Source of the DNA: an uncultured bacterium
GTDB lineage: Bacteria > B130-G9
NCBI GenBank assembly: GCA_965372715.1
Contig: CBDVDH010000026.1
Span: forward strand, 1-47,742
DNA length: 47,742 bases
Direction: 5' to 3'
A program made the translations under genes and the position numbers. Shown here in pieces: positions 38,564 to 47,742 of the stretch. Below the pieces are notes generated by a model. The model ran no database searches. It was not told where the DNA came from and saw only the letters and a list, made by a program, of their open reading frames with translations. Each line of letters starts with the position of its first letter. Positions within the stretch are counted from its first letter, which is position 1.

Positions 38564-39652
38564 ATGAAATTGACAGTCGTTTTGCTGTCTTTGGCCGCGA
38601 TGGTCTTGATGATCGTGGCTGTTGGCTGCGATGAAGGGGCAAAGGCGCCTGCGCAGAAGGCCCCAGCTCCCGCGCCCACGGAGGCGGAAATGCCAGAAGA
38701 CATTCAGAAAGATACTGACGCGGAAACGGTGATTGCGAGCAGCGGCGACCTTGCGGTTACCCAGGGTGAGATTGACGAGATGCTGGCCAAGAATCGCAAG
38801 TACAGCATGATGATGTCGGGCGGGAAGCCGCTCGAGCTCACACCTAAGCAGAAGGAGCAGCAGAGAAAAAACGCGATAAGGAATCTTCTGGTGTCGAAGC
38901 TCACGCTGGCGGAGGCGCAGGCGAGCGGCCTTGCGGTCACTGATCAGGAGATAGACGAGAAGTTCGAGCAGGTTTTCAAGATGTATGGGGGCAAGGAGAA
39001 GTTCCTAAAGGCTTCCGGGCGTGAGGACGTTAGCGACGATGCGATGCGCAAGGAGATCGCTGAGACAATCCTGAGAGAGAAATACATCGAGCAGGAGGTC
39101 TATTCAAAGATTCCGGCGCCGAGCGAGGAAGAGATGCGCGAGTGGTATGAGAAGAACAAGAGCAAGTTCGGCGCCCCGGACATGGTTGGAGCAAGAATCA
39201 TCACGGTCAAGGTTGCAGAGGGCGCCTCGGATGAAGACGTCGCCGGGGCCAAGGGGCGGCTCCTGAAGCTGGCTGCGCGGCTCAAGAACGGCGAGGCATT
39301 TGAGGCGGTAGCCAAGGAAGCGTCCGAGGATGCATGGGCCCCGAAAGGCGGCGAAATGGGGCTAATCCGCGCGCGGCAGGCCAGGCTAGGCGATGGATTC
39401 GACAAGGCGGCGTTTGCGGCCCAGGTCGGCAAGGTGAGCGGTCCCATACGAACGAGCGAGGGCTTCTGCCTGCTCGAGGTTACCGAGAAGCGTCCCGCGG
39501 AGCAGAAGAGCTTTGATGAGGCAAAGGACCAGGTGAAGAATTGGCTTCCGGGCCTGAAGAAATTCGAGGCGATGGGCAAGTTCATGAGCCAAAAGAAGCT
39601 CGAGTTGAAGATAGAATATGTGGGCGAAGAACAGGCTGCCACAGGCCAATGA
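38564..39652 (+). CDS. SurA/PrsA-family parvulin peptidyl-prolyl isomerase lipoprotein
   Basis: Lipobox VAVGC, SurA-N-like helices, and FEAVAKEASED...KGGEMG...FDKAAF...VSGPIRT. Confidence 0.88.
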   Translation: MKLTVVLLSLAAMVLMIVAVGCDEGAKAPAQKAPAPAPTEAEMPEDIQKDTDAETVIASSGDLAVTQGEIDEMLAKNRKYSMMMSGGKPLELTPKQKEQQRKNAIRNLLVSKLTLAEAQASGLAVTDQEIDEKFEQVFKMYGGKEKFLKASGREDVSDDAMRKEIAETILREKYIEQEVYSKIPAPSEEEMREWYEKNKSKFGAPDMVGARIITVKVAEGASDEDVAGAKGRLLKLAARLKNGEAFEAVAKEASEDAWAPKGGEMGLIRARQARLGDGFDKAAFAAQVGKVSGPIRTSEGFCLLEVTEKRPAEQKSFDEAKDQVKNWLPGLKKFEAMGKFMSQKKLELKIEYVGEEQAATGQ

Positions 39653-40224
39653 CATCGCGAATCGTGCTTGCCTCCGCATCGCCGCGACGGGCCTATCTTC
39701 TCCAGAAGGCAGGCATAGTGTTCGATGTTGTCCGACCGGGCGATGTTGAGCAAGACGTGTGTCGGTCTGCCGATCCCAGGGAATTGGCCGAGTCGATGGC
39801 AAGGGCGAAGGCAAGGAATGTCGCCGCCAGATCGGACTGCGTGTGCCTGGGTTGCGACACGGTCGTCGCAGTTGACACCACCATCTTGGGGAAACCAACT
39901 TCTCCGGACGATGCGAGGCGGATGCTTGGGCTCTTGTCCGGCCGTTGGCACCGGGTCATAACGGGTGTCTGCCTCTTGGACCGCGAGCGACATAAAGAGC
40001 TTGTCGATCACGAGGAAAGCGAGGTCCAGTTCGCCTCACTCGAAGGGGAGGAGATTGACGCTTACGTTGCGTCCGACGAGCCGTTTGGCAAGGCCGGCGC
40101 CTACGGCATACAGGGCGGCGCCTCGTCATTTGTGACGGGGCTGCGAGGGCCGCTGGACAACGTAATCGGGCTGCCAGTGCGGCTGGTTCGCAAAATGATT
40201 TCTGAAATGGAGAACTTGAATTGA
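39649..40224 (+). CDS. maf: Maf-family nucleotide pyrophosphatase
   Basis: IVLASASPRR, GCDTVV, LGKP, KAGAYGIQG and NVIGLP motifs. Confidence 0.95.
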   Translation: MTSRIVLASASPRRAYLLQKAGIVFDVVRPGDVEQDVCRSADPRELAESMARAKARNVAARSDCVCLGCDTVVAVDTTILGKPTSPDDARRMLGLLSGRWHRVITGVCLLDRERHKELVDHEESEVQFASLEGEEIDAYVASDEPFGKAGAYGIQGGASSFVTGLRGPLDNVIGLPVRLVRKMISEMENLN

Positions 40225-40892
40225 GAGCGCTTGAGCTTGCTCCCTCGATACTGTCGGCGGATTTCGCGAAACTAGGCGAGGAGATCGCCGCCGTCGAGAG
40301 AGGCGGGGCTGACCTTATTCACATCGACGTCATGGACGGCCATTTCGTGCCCAATATCACGGTCGGGCCGCTCGTTGTCGAGGCCGCGCGCGCCTCAAGC
40401 GAGCTCCCGCTTGACGTTCACCTGATGATCGAGCATCCGGAAAGATTCATCGACAGCTTCGCCAAGGCCGGCGCCGACATGATCAGCGTCCAGGTTGAGG
40501 CGACGGCCCATCTGGAGCGAACGATCACACAGATAAAGAACCTGGGCCTAAAGGCCGGCGTGGTCCTGAATCCGGCGACCCCGCTTTCGCTCGCGGAGGA
40601 GGTTATCCCCGCCGCGGATTTCATACTGCTGATGTCAGTAAACCCGGGATTTGCGGCGCAGAAGTTCATACCGTCGGTGCTGAATAAGATAACGCGGCTG
40701 CGGGCGATTCTCGACGATAGGAACCCGGAATGTCCGATAGAGGTTGACGGCGGGATCGGCCTTCAAAACGTCCAGGACGTGGCGACTGCCGGCGCCTCGA
40801 TATTGGTTGCCGGGTCAGCGGTCTTCAAGACCCTCGACCCAGAAGCGACCACACGGGCCTTCAAGGAAAAACTCTCGAACCTCTACTCGTAG
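40221..40892 (+). CDS. rpe: Ribulose-phosphate 3-epimerase
   Basis: APSILSADF, HIDVMDGHFVPN, DVHLMI, MSVNPGF and EVDGG motifs. Confidence 0.97.
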   Translation: MRALELAPSILSADFAKLGEEIAAVERGGADLIHIDVMDGHFVPNITVGPLVVEAARASSELPLDVHLMIEHPERFIDSFAKAGADMISVQVEATAHLERTITQIKNLGLKAGVVLNPATPLSLAEEVIPAADFILLMSVNPGFAAQKFIPSVLNKITRLRAILDDRNPECPIEVDGGIGLQNVQDVATAGASILVAGSAVFKTLDPEATTRAFKEKLSNLYS

Positions 40893-40998
40893 CCCGTCAC
40901 GGCCCACCCACAAGCCGTTGGCCTACGCCGGCACTGAGTTCACCGGCCCGGTATTCGCGCTGAATCATCCTCTCACGACTTGTCCAACACGGGCATAG

Positions 40999-41174
40999 CC
41001 CGCATTATTCACAAACTGAGGATGCGATGAGATGTGGGGTGGGCTTTCCAGCCTGCCTTCTGCAGCGATCTCCGCATACCTCACATGAAACACTCTGTTG
41101 CGCGAGCCCCTGTCTTTGGCAGGCTGGAAAGCCTGCCCCACACCGACGAGAGTCACGGCCTTGAATTATTCGGG
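40999..41174. mobile_element. MITE family A (176 bp) with 13-bp TIRs, a 4-bp target duplication and an internal REPIN
   Basis: CCCGCATTATTCA / TGAATTATTCGGG (11/13 inverted). ATAG on both sides (40995..40998, 41175..41178). Internal 25-bp inverted arms at 41033..41057 and 41118..41142. A second copy lies at the window start. Confidence 0.85.
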
Positions 41175-42115
41175 ATAGCCGAGTCTTCGAAGAGAGGAAG
41201 CTGTGTGGAGGCGAAGGCGGACTTCACCTTCACTCGCTCAAGGAATATGGCACTTGGATCTACGTGCTCTCGGACCAGCCTGAGCCTGGCGATCTGACAA
41301 TACGAAGCATTCAAGTCGATGCCGATGAAGTTCCGCCCCAAGGCCCTCGCCGCAACACACGTGGAGCCGGAGCCGTTGAACATGTCCAATACAACGTCTC
41401 CCTCGAACCCCACTTGTGGAGCTCTCCCGAACGAATACATCATAATGAGCCGCTGAGGCAGAACCACGGGGAATGGAGCAGGATGCCCGCCTGCCCGTTT
41501 GACGTCTTCTGGATAGATCGGCCATATTTGCATCGTCAGGTTTCGCGATTCCTCCTGAGTGATCCTGCTAGGCTCCTTGGCCTCTCGCGGCAGCAGCGGT
41601 GGCTTGCCCTCCTTCACGAAGACGTTGATGAACTCAATCGTGTTGTCCTCATAGATATTCGGCGGATATGGGTAGCTTCCGAACATCTTCACTGAGGTCT
41701 GCTTCTGCCAGATAAAAAGGCTGAATCGCCGAAGGCCTTCGATACTGCTGAGTATCGACTGCTCGATATCGCTGGCGATGTTCTTGAGATGTCTCGTGTG
41801 CTGATCGTTCGCAGCTTTCTTGGAGACCGGCATTATCGGGGCCACAATCGCCAGCTTCCCATTTGGGATCAACACCCTGGACGTCTCCCGCCATACTGGC
41901 AGCAGATCATCAATGTATCTGGCATATTCCGTCTGGCCAACTTGACCATCTACGCCGTAGTCCTTGACGTTCCAATAGGGCGGGCTGGTCACGGCCAAGG
42001 CGATGCACTCATCCGGTATGCGCCGCAGGACCTGCGATGCGTCCTCGTTGATGATCTCGTTAACCCAATCCCCCGGCCAATTGCCGGCATTAGGTATCCT
42101 GTAAATCGAGCCCAT
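41153..42115 (-). CDS. Orphan beta-class N4-C/N6-A DNA methyltransferase
   Basis: Motif IV VTSPPYW precedes HPAPFP and motif I VLDMFNGSGST. No adjacent endonuclease. Confidence 0.9.
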   Translation of the reverse strand: MGSIYRIPNAGNWPGDWVNEIINEDASQVLRRIPDECIALAVTSPPYWNVKDYGVDGQVGQTEYARYIDDLLPVWRETSRVLIPNGKLAIVAPIMPVSKKAANDQHTRHLKNIASDIEQSILSSIEGLRRFSLFIWQKQTSVKMFGSYPYPPNIYEDNTIEFINVFVKEGKPPLLPREAKEPSRITQEESRNLTMQIWPIYPEDVKRAGGHPAPFPVVLPQRLIMMYSFGRAPQVGFEGDVVLDMFNGSGSTCVAARALGRNFIGIDLNASYCQIARLRLVREHVDPSAIFLERVKVKSAFASTQLPLFEDSAIPNNSRP

Positions 42116-42254
42116 GCCTCTTAAACTGAATGAATTGCTTGTAGTCGTCTCTCAGCAAGACCAAGCGGCTACGCCACTACCCTCGACTATTGGCGCCCGA
42201 CTCGGGCGGCCGGTGGCCATTCCTTGTCCGGCCACCAAATATCGCACAGTGGCC

Positions 42255-43460
42255 TCAGTGCCTGGCGCCCTTCTTCTTCGGCCAGAGGACGTCAGTGCTG
42301 CCGGCGGCGGTGCGGACGATTATCTTGCCCTTGCTGTCGCACAGGTGAAGGAAGGCCATCTTCTCGTTGAAGACGAGCTGCCGAATCGGGGCCTCGGCCT
42401 CCTTCGGCACCGTGAGCGTCCAAATGCCGACCTGCGCCATCGCCGGCGAGAACTTGCGCACCACGACCTTCTCCCCGTCCGAGTCGATGAGTATAAACCC
42501 ATCGCGGTGTATCGACGGCGACAGGTCAACCATCGAATCGGGCGCAAGCCGACCGATTTTGCACTCGGATGCAGCCTCGCTGACCTTCCCGTCGGACAGC
42601 TTTAACCCGCGCAGCCGAAGCTGCTTCTCTCTAAAATGCCCACAGACGAACGTGTCACCCAGGGCCACAATGCTCGACGGGTCGTCCGGGCCGAACTTGA
42701 GCGATTCGATGCGGCTCACCTTCACCGTCGGCTCCGTTCCGGAAACGTCGAACATCGCCAGCTCGACCTTCCCCAACTGCTCTCGCACCTGGGCCTCAGT
42801 CATTCGCGACCTCTGCGAGACAGTCGGCTTCTGCGGAACCATCACGATGCCGATGAACTTGCCATCTGGGCTCTGAACGACGCACTTCGGCGTTCTTGGT
42901 TGCGGACAGTCCATACAGAGCTTCCGCTTCACGTCCGAGAGATAATCGTCCAGCACGAAGCCACAGACTCTCACCCCGTCGTCAGGCGAGGCAAGTGAGA
43001 CCCATCTTTTGGGCCCGAGCGTCGTGCGGAAGACGCCGCGGACAGGGTCGAGCGTCGCCAACGGAGCTAGAAGCCGCCAAATCCCCTGAATCCCGTCCCA
43101 GAAGAGCACACGGTAATCGTCCTCTCCCGCCAGCTGTGAGGTTACGGCGAACAGCCGCTCCCCGCCGATGAAATGCGCCGAGCCATGTGGGCTATCGAGG
43201 ACCGGCTCGTCCGGGAGCCCCTCCCAAATAACCGTCGCTGGCCATCGCAAGCGCAGCAATACGCCCGAACTCTCGTGCTTCACCTTCGCGAAGAAGCCGC
43301 CCACGCGCCGCGTCTCCTCCACAAAAACGTCCCCATCAGGCGACACCCAGAGCCGCACCGATTCAGGCGCCTCCTCCTTCGCTTCCTTGGCGAAACAGGG
43401 CATGACAGCAAGCATCAACACAAGTAGCAGGATTACGATTGTGGTCTTTTGGGTCCTCAA
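42255..43460 (-). CDS. Hypothetical secreted protein
   Basis: 401-aa ORF with GGAGG RBS and signal peptide (IVILLLVLMLAVMPCFA). No motif recognised. Confidence 0.7.
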   Translation of the reverse strand: MRTQKTTIVILLLVLMLAVMPCFAKEAKEEAPESVRLWVSPDGDVFVEETRRVGGFFAKVKHESSGVLLRLRWPATVIWEGLPDEPVLDSPHGSAHFIGGERLFAVTSQLAGEDDYRVLFWDGIQGIWRLLAPLATLDPVRGVFRTTLGPKRWVSLASPDDGVRVCGFVLDDYLSDVKRKLCMDCPQPRTPKCVVQSPDGKFIGIVMVPQKPTVSQRSRMTEAQVREQLGKVELAMFDVSGTEPTVKVSRIESLKFGPDDPSSIVALGDTFVCGHFREKQLRLRGLKLSDGKVSEAASECKIGRLAPDSMVDLSPSIHRDGFILIDSDGEKVVVRKFSPAMAQVGIWTLTVPKEAEAPIRQLVFNEKMAFLHLCDSKGKIIVRTAAGSTDVLWPKKKGARH

Positions 43461-43526
43461 GGCTCCCTCCGGTTCATTGTATCAGTAACGCCAGTCCAAG
43501 CACGGCGGCCCCACACGTTCGTTGCC

Positions 43527-44705
43527 CTAGCTCAGAATCCCTGAATCGCCGATGCGCTGCGCGGCCTCTTTCATCCGTTCCTCCTCAACGACGAGCGCCA
43601 TACGGACATAGCCCTCGCCATATTTGCCAAAGCCGCTGCCCGGCGAGACTATTACCCCGGTCTGCTGCGCAAGCTCTCTGGCGAACGTCATCGAGTCGGA
43701 GAACTTCTCGGGTATCTTTGCCCAGATATACATGCCTGCGCGCGGACGAGGCACATCCCAGCCTATCGACCTAATACCATCAACCAGCACGTCGCGACGC
43801 CGCCTGTAAAGCTCCGCATTGGGCCTCGCGAAGTCCTCGCCCTTGTTGAGTATCTCCGCAATCGCCCGCTGTATAGCCAGAAAAATCGAGAAGTCCTTGG
43901 TCGTCTTTATCTTCAGCGTGTTCGCTAAGACATCACTGTTCCCAACCAAAAAGCCGACCCGCCAGCCGGGCATGTTATACGACTTGGAGCAGGAATAGAA
44001 CTCGACGGCGTATCTCTTGGCGTCCGGCAGCTCTAAAAAGCTCATCGGCGTGTAGTCAGGGTCCATCGAGAGTTCTGAGTAGGCGATGTCCGAGATGAGC
44101 AGTATGTCGTGCTCGACGCCGTATTCAAGCACCCTATCGTAGAACTCTCGCGTCTCTACCGCGCCAGTCGGGTTGTTGGGATAGTTGAACAGAAGGAACT
44201 TTGCGCGCCTCGCCACATCCTTGTCGATCGCGTCGAGGTCCGGCAGGAATCCGTTTTCCTCGAGCAGGCTCATCTCCTGGATGTCCGCCTCGGCCACGCG
44301 AGCCGCGCCGATGTGCGCCGGATAGCAAGGCGACGGGATGAGCGCCGTCTCGCCCTTGTCCAGATACGCCAAATAGAGGCAAAGCAATCCCTCCTTCGAC
44401 CCGACGAGCGGAAGAATCTCAGTCTCCGGATCAAGCGAAACATTGAACCGCCGTTTATACCAATCAGCCACCGCCTGGCGAAGCTCGATGACGCCCCAAA
44501 ACTGCGAATAACGGTGGTTCTGATGCTCACCGTCGTCAATCGCTCGGTGCAGGGCATCGAGCATAAACCTGGGCGGCCGGCGGTCGGGATTGCCGATGCC
44601 AAGGTCAATTACGTCAACGCCCTCCTTCATCAACGCGAACTTCACCTCGTCAACGGCTGCAAAAACGTAAGTGGGCATGTTCAACACACGCTGTGAAGCC
44701 TTCAT
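43527..44705 (-). CDS. Class I/II PLP aminotransferase (LL-diaminopimelate aminotransferase/AlaC-like)
   Basis: IDLGIGNPD, GSKEG, NYPNNPTG, DIAY, SKSYNMPGWRVG and PGSGFG..GEGYVR motifs. Confidence 0.92.
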   Translation of the reverse strand: MKASQRVLNMPTYVFAAVDEVKFALMKEGVDVIDLGIGNPDRRPPRFMLDALHRAIDDGEHQNHRYSQFWGVIELRQAVADWYKRRFNVSLDPETEILPLVGSKEGLLCLYLAYLDKGETALIPSPCYPAHIGAARVAEADIQEMSLLEENGFLPDLDAIDKDVARRAKFLLFNYPNNPTGAVETREFYDRVLEYGVEHDILLISDIAYSELSMDPDYTPMSFLELPDAKRYAVEFYSCSKSYNMPGWRVGFLVGNSDVLANTLKIKTTKDFSIFLAIQRAIAEILNKGEDFARPNAELYRRRRDVLVDGIRSIGWDVPRPRAGMYIWAKIPEKFSDSMTFARELAQQTGVIVSPGSGFGKYGEGYVRMALVVEEERMKEAAQRIGDSGILS

Positions 44706-45099
44706 AATCTCCTCCCTATTATCAGCGATTCATTCACCGAGAAAGAGGCCAATGTTATCGCCACCGCGTTGCTGGGTCAACAGGGGAAGGGGGAGAGGCG
44801 GACAAAGGCGAAGAGTCGAAAGGGTCAATAGGGAAAAAGCCTAAGGCAGAGATGGCGCTTCACACCCTCAACGCGCGGACTTTGGTCTTTGGACTTCGCT
44901 GGGTCAGCATTCCGCGATATGGGTCAGCAGCTTGTCGGCCCTCTTTACATAGCGCTTTATGCCCTTTCCCTGGGCGAGTTCCTTCGTCTAGTTCGCGTAA
45001 CCGGCCGCCTTGACAATGAGATGATCATGCAATTAGGAGGCGCGCCGCCTCCGAACTGCGCAGAATGCTACTTCCCTCTGTTCTCGGTCACCTCTTCGT

Positions 45100-45342
45100 T
45101 CAGGACGGCACAACTATGGCGTAGCCCTCAGCCTTCACGGCGAAAAGCTCCAAGCCGTCCTCGGATGTGAACATGCATCGCGTATTGGCCGGCACAAAGA
45201 CCACGCTGACCCCGGTATCTCCTCCCAGGGTCACCGCCTGCTCGGAGGGATCCTCGCGGACGTACTGGCCTGTCCCACTGAGCACAAACACACACTTGTC
45301 CCACGGATCGGAGTGGTACGGATCGTCTCTATATGTGTTCAT
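45100..45342 (-). CDS. Small cupin-like protein
   Basis: AGGAGG RBS and H...DKCVFVLSGTG...VVFVPANT pattern. Confidence 0.55.
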   Translation of the reverse strand: MNTYRDDPYHSDPWDKCVFVLSGTGQYVREDPSEQAVTLGGDTGVSVVFVPANTRCMFTSEDGLELFAVKAEGYAIVVPS

Positions 45343-45633
45343 TTCAAAGGCCTCCTGATTCCAAGAAATCTGTAGTAACAATAGATGTTTACCCAATTAC
45401 TCAAATCACAACCTATCAGTGTTGATGGCGGTCCGCAAGCCAGAATTCTTCTTTGTGTTACCAGATCTGCGTTCTGGGGCATGGCAGACATTGCGTCCAT
45501 CGGGATGAGCAGTGTTGAGGATTTGCCGGACTAATGCACACCGGAGCTCAATACATTGGCCGGTATTGTGGTTGGGTTATAAATTCGCCCTAGAACGAGG
45601 AATCCACGAAGTTATGAGCTGGCCCAGTTGCTC

Positions 45634-47742
45634 CTACTGTCTGCAATTGACGATCTGGACAAGCAGCTCGTCGGCCTTGTTGACATAGCCTTTCATTCCC
45701 TTTGCCTCGGCCAGTTCCTTCGCCTGCGTGGCGTAGTCCATGGCCTGGGCAATGGCATCGTTTTGTGAAAGAGGCGGCTTCTCTTCGTGCTTCTCTCCGT
45801 CATGCCAAGGGGCCATCTGAAGGTGCGCCTCGGCAAGCGCGAGCCGGGCACTGATCATCCGTTTCCGATCCTGGAGCCCATCGGCCACAGAAAGAGCCTC
45901 GGCGCCGAATGAAAGAGACGCCTCCCAACGGCCGACTGCGGCATCAGCACGACATAGCACCGCGAGCGAGTCCGAGAGGTTTGACCGGCTGCCGATAGAC
46001 CGGTTGATCCCCTCCGCCTGAAGTGCGAGTTCCTTTGCCTTGTGCCACCGTCCCATATCTGCACGCGTGCCGGCCAACTTGGACAGCGATGAACCAATGC
46101 CCCGGCGGGCTCGTAACGCCTGAAAAATCGAAAGGGCCTCATCCAAATACCGAAGCGCCTGTTGAAAGTCGCGTCGTTCTTGGTGGACAACGCCTATGCT
46201 GTGCAGCGCGAATGCACAGCCGCGCCGGTCGCCCAGCTCCCGAAATACCGAAAGCGATTCATCAAGGCATTGGAGCGCCCGGTCGTACTCGCTGCGATGG
46301 CAGTGCACCAGGCCTATGTCGTGCAGCGATCCCGCGATGGGCTCCCGGGCGCCCAACTCCCGAGAGATGAGGAGCTCTTCATTGTAATTCCCAAGCGCTT
46401 GGTCGTAGTCGCCATACCGTGTGTGCACGATGGCTATCTCATGAAGCGAGAGTGCGATGTTGCGCCTGTCTCCCAACTTACGATAGATCGAAAGCGCCTC
46501 GTCGAAGAACCCCAACGCCTCAGCGCCTTCGCCAGCCATCGACTTCACAATGCCTATGCTCACAATGCTGTGCGCAACGCCGCGCTGCTCGCCTAGCTCG
46601 CGCCGCATAGAAAGGGACTCCTCATAGCATTCAAGCGCCTTGTCGAACTCGCCAAAACCCGAATGCACAATACCTATGGTCCTCACAGCTGTTGCTCTAC
46701 AGCTCCGGTCGCCGATCCGTTGTGCGATATCGAGGGCCTCCTTAGCAAGCGAAAGAGCGCGATCCCAGTCGCCCGTCATGTGCCTCAACCGAGCTTCCTT
46801 GCACAGAGAGATACTGCGCCACTTCGGGTCGCCGAGGCCCGAAAGAACTTCGCAGAGACCGATCGCATCTTCCTGTTTGCCCAGGACCTGGAGGCCGTCG
46901 ATGCGCGAAACGAGAAGGTCACCTTCCTCCTGAGGCGACAGCGGGCTGCAAGGGAGCCGCTTACGAAGCCGGTCATATCTCTCGAACGCGTCCTGCGCCT
47001 CGAAGTTTCGCTGCTGCTTCTGGTTATAGAGCCCCCACGAGGCGGAATGCCGCGCCGCCTTCTTGAGCTCCCCAGCGAACTCCCAGTGCTCCGAGAGCAT
47101 ACCGTGAAACTCGCCTATCCGGTCCCCGTAAAGCTCCTCTACTCTGGTCGAGATTAGCTTTGAGAGCTCAACTCTGAGACTTCTGATCAGTCGCGAGACC
47201 AGTACCTCTCGCGTTAGGGCGTGCTTAAAGATATATTCGAGCTCCGGTTCCATCGCCTTTTGGAAGACAATCTCTCGCTCGACAAGGGAATCGAGCGCTT
47301 CTGAGACATCCGACACGCCGTGCAGTGAGCTGTGGACGTCAGAGAGCAAACTGTAAAGAAACGAACGGCCAATCATGGCCCCGTAGTATGCAACGCGCTT
47401 ATCCTTCTGCGAGAGCCTGTCGAACCGTTCCCCTAGAACATCAGCAAGGCTCGTTGGCAGCGGCATCTCTTGGATCGGTTGCGTGAGGCGCATCTTGCCA
47501 TCGTCCACGTTCAGCTTGCCCTGCTCGAGCAGCATAAGAAGGAATTCCTCCAGAAAGAGCGGATTGCCCTCAGAGTAGCGTCTGAGCCTGCGAGCAAACG
47601 CCATCTCCCTCCTTCCCGGCGCAATGTAGAAGTCGAGAAGGTCTGTTTCCGCATCGCTTGACAGAGGCTCAAGCTCTATCTGGGTGAATGGCACGCCCTT
47701 TCTCTTGGCAAACTTGGGCTCGAAACCGGGCCGATAGATAAT
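45634..47742 (-). CDS. AAA/STAND-type ATPase plus TPR protein (adenylate-cyclase-associated type), 5' part outside the window
   Basis: Frame is open to the window edge (IYRPGF). SEGNPLFLEE, LP.SL...RFDRL and Y.FKHAL are followed by many ~40-aa TPR repeats. Confidence 0.88.
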   Translation of the reverse strand: MIYRPGFEPKFAKRKGVPFTQIELEPLSSDAETDLLDFYIAPGRREMAFARRLRRYSEGNPLFLEEFLLMLLEQGKLNVDDGKMRLTQPIQEMPLPTSLADVLGERFDRLSQKDKRVAYYGAMIGRSFLYSLLSDVHSSLHGVSDVSEALDSLVEREIVFQKAMEPELEYIFKHALTREVLVSRLIRSLRVELSKLISTRVEELYGDRIGEFHGMLSEHWEFAGELKKAARHSASWGLYNQKQQRNFEAQDAFERYDRLRKRLPCSPLSPQEEGDLLVSRIDGLQVLGKQEDAIGLCEVLSGLGDPKWRSISLCKEARLRHMTGDWDRALSLAKEALDIAQRIGDRSCRATAVRTIGIVHSGFGEFDKALECYEESLSMRRELGEQRGVAHSIVSIGIVKSMAGEGAEALGFFDEALSIYRKLGDRRNIALSLHEIAIVHTRYGDYDQALGNYNEELLISRELGAREPIAGSLHDIGLVHCHRSEYDRALQCLDESLSVFRELGDRRGCAFALHSIGVVHQERRDFQQALRYLDEALSIFQALRARRGIGSSLSKLAGTRADMGRWHKAKELALQAEGINRSIGSRSNLSDSLAVLCRADAAVGRWEASLSFGAEALSVADGLQDRKRMISARLALAEAHLQMAPWHDGEKHEEKPPLSQNDAIAQAMDYATQAKELAEAKGMKGYVNKADELLVQIVNCRQ

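Noticed and set aside
7507-40011. Long antisense ORFs such as 7507..8442, 29182..30006 and 39100..40011
   Set aside because: They are shadow frames of well-supported genes in GC-rich DNA, with no recognisable motifs.
1-47742. CRISPR array
   Set aside because: Repeats are dispersed inverted hairpins rather than regularly spaced direct repeats with unique spacers, and no cas genes are present.

Overview
Chromosomal window of a GC-rich, probably diderm bacterium. It has OmpA, MlaE, LolA-like and BamB-like genes, but the taxon cannot be fixed from sequence alone. Most of the window is housekeeping: queA, glgA, mutS, rpsU, nif3-like, tRNA-Val(TAC), a DUF4390-ntrY-ntrX-pyrRBC-pyrK-rtcB operon, tRNA-Glu(TTC)-trxA-mlaE-pgpA, surA-like-maf-rpe and an aminotransferase. 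The left end holds a tailoring-enzyme cluster (SAM methyltransferase, B12 radical SAM, carbamoyltransferase, SPASM radical SAM). Main observations: (1) an AT-richer three-gene cassette between mutS and rpsU encoding a pseudo-STAS/anti-sigma-type HATPase kinase, a STAS-like protein and a PIN ribonuclease, a candidate phosphorylation-controlled toxin or defence switch; (2) two secreted beta-propeller proteins sharing a ~100-aa C-terminal domain, next to two LolA-like paralogs, a candidate lineage-specific sorting signal; (3) a nested set of non-autonomous elements, namely three MITE types with terminal inverted repeats and target duplications that carry REP/REPIN hairpins or insert into them, with repeat DNA supplying the C-termini of two genes; (4) gene debris behind tRNA-Val and an orphan sigma54 promoter. 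No CRISPR array, rRNA or intact transposase was seen. All calls were made by eye and no database search was run.
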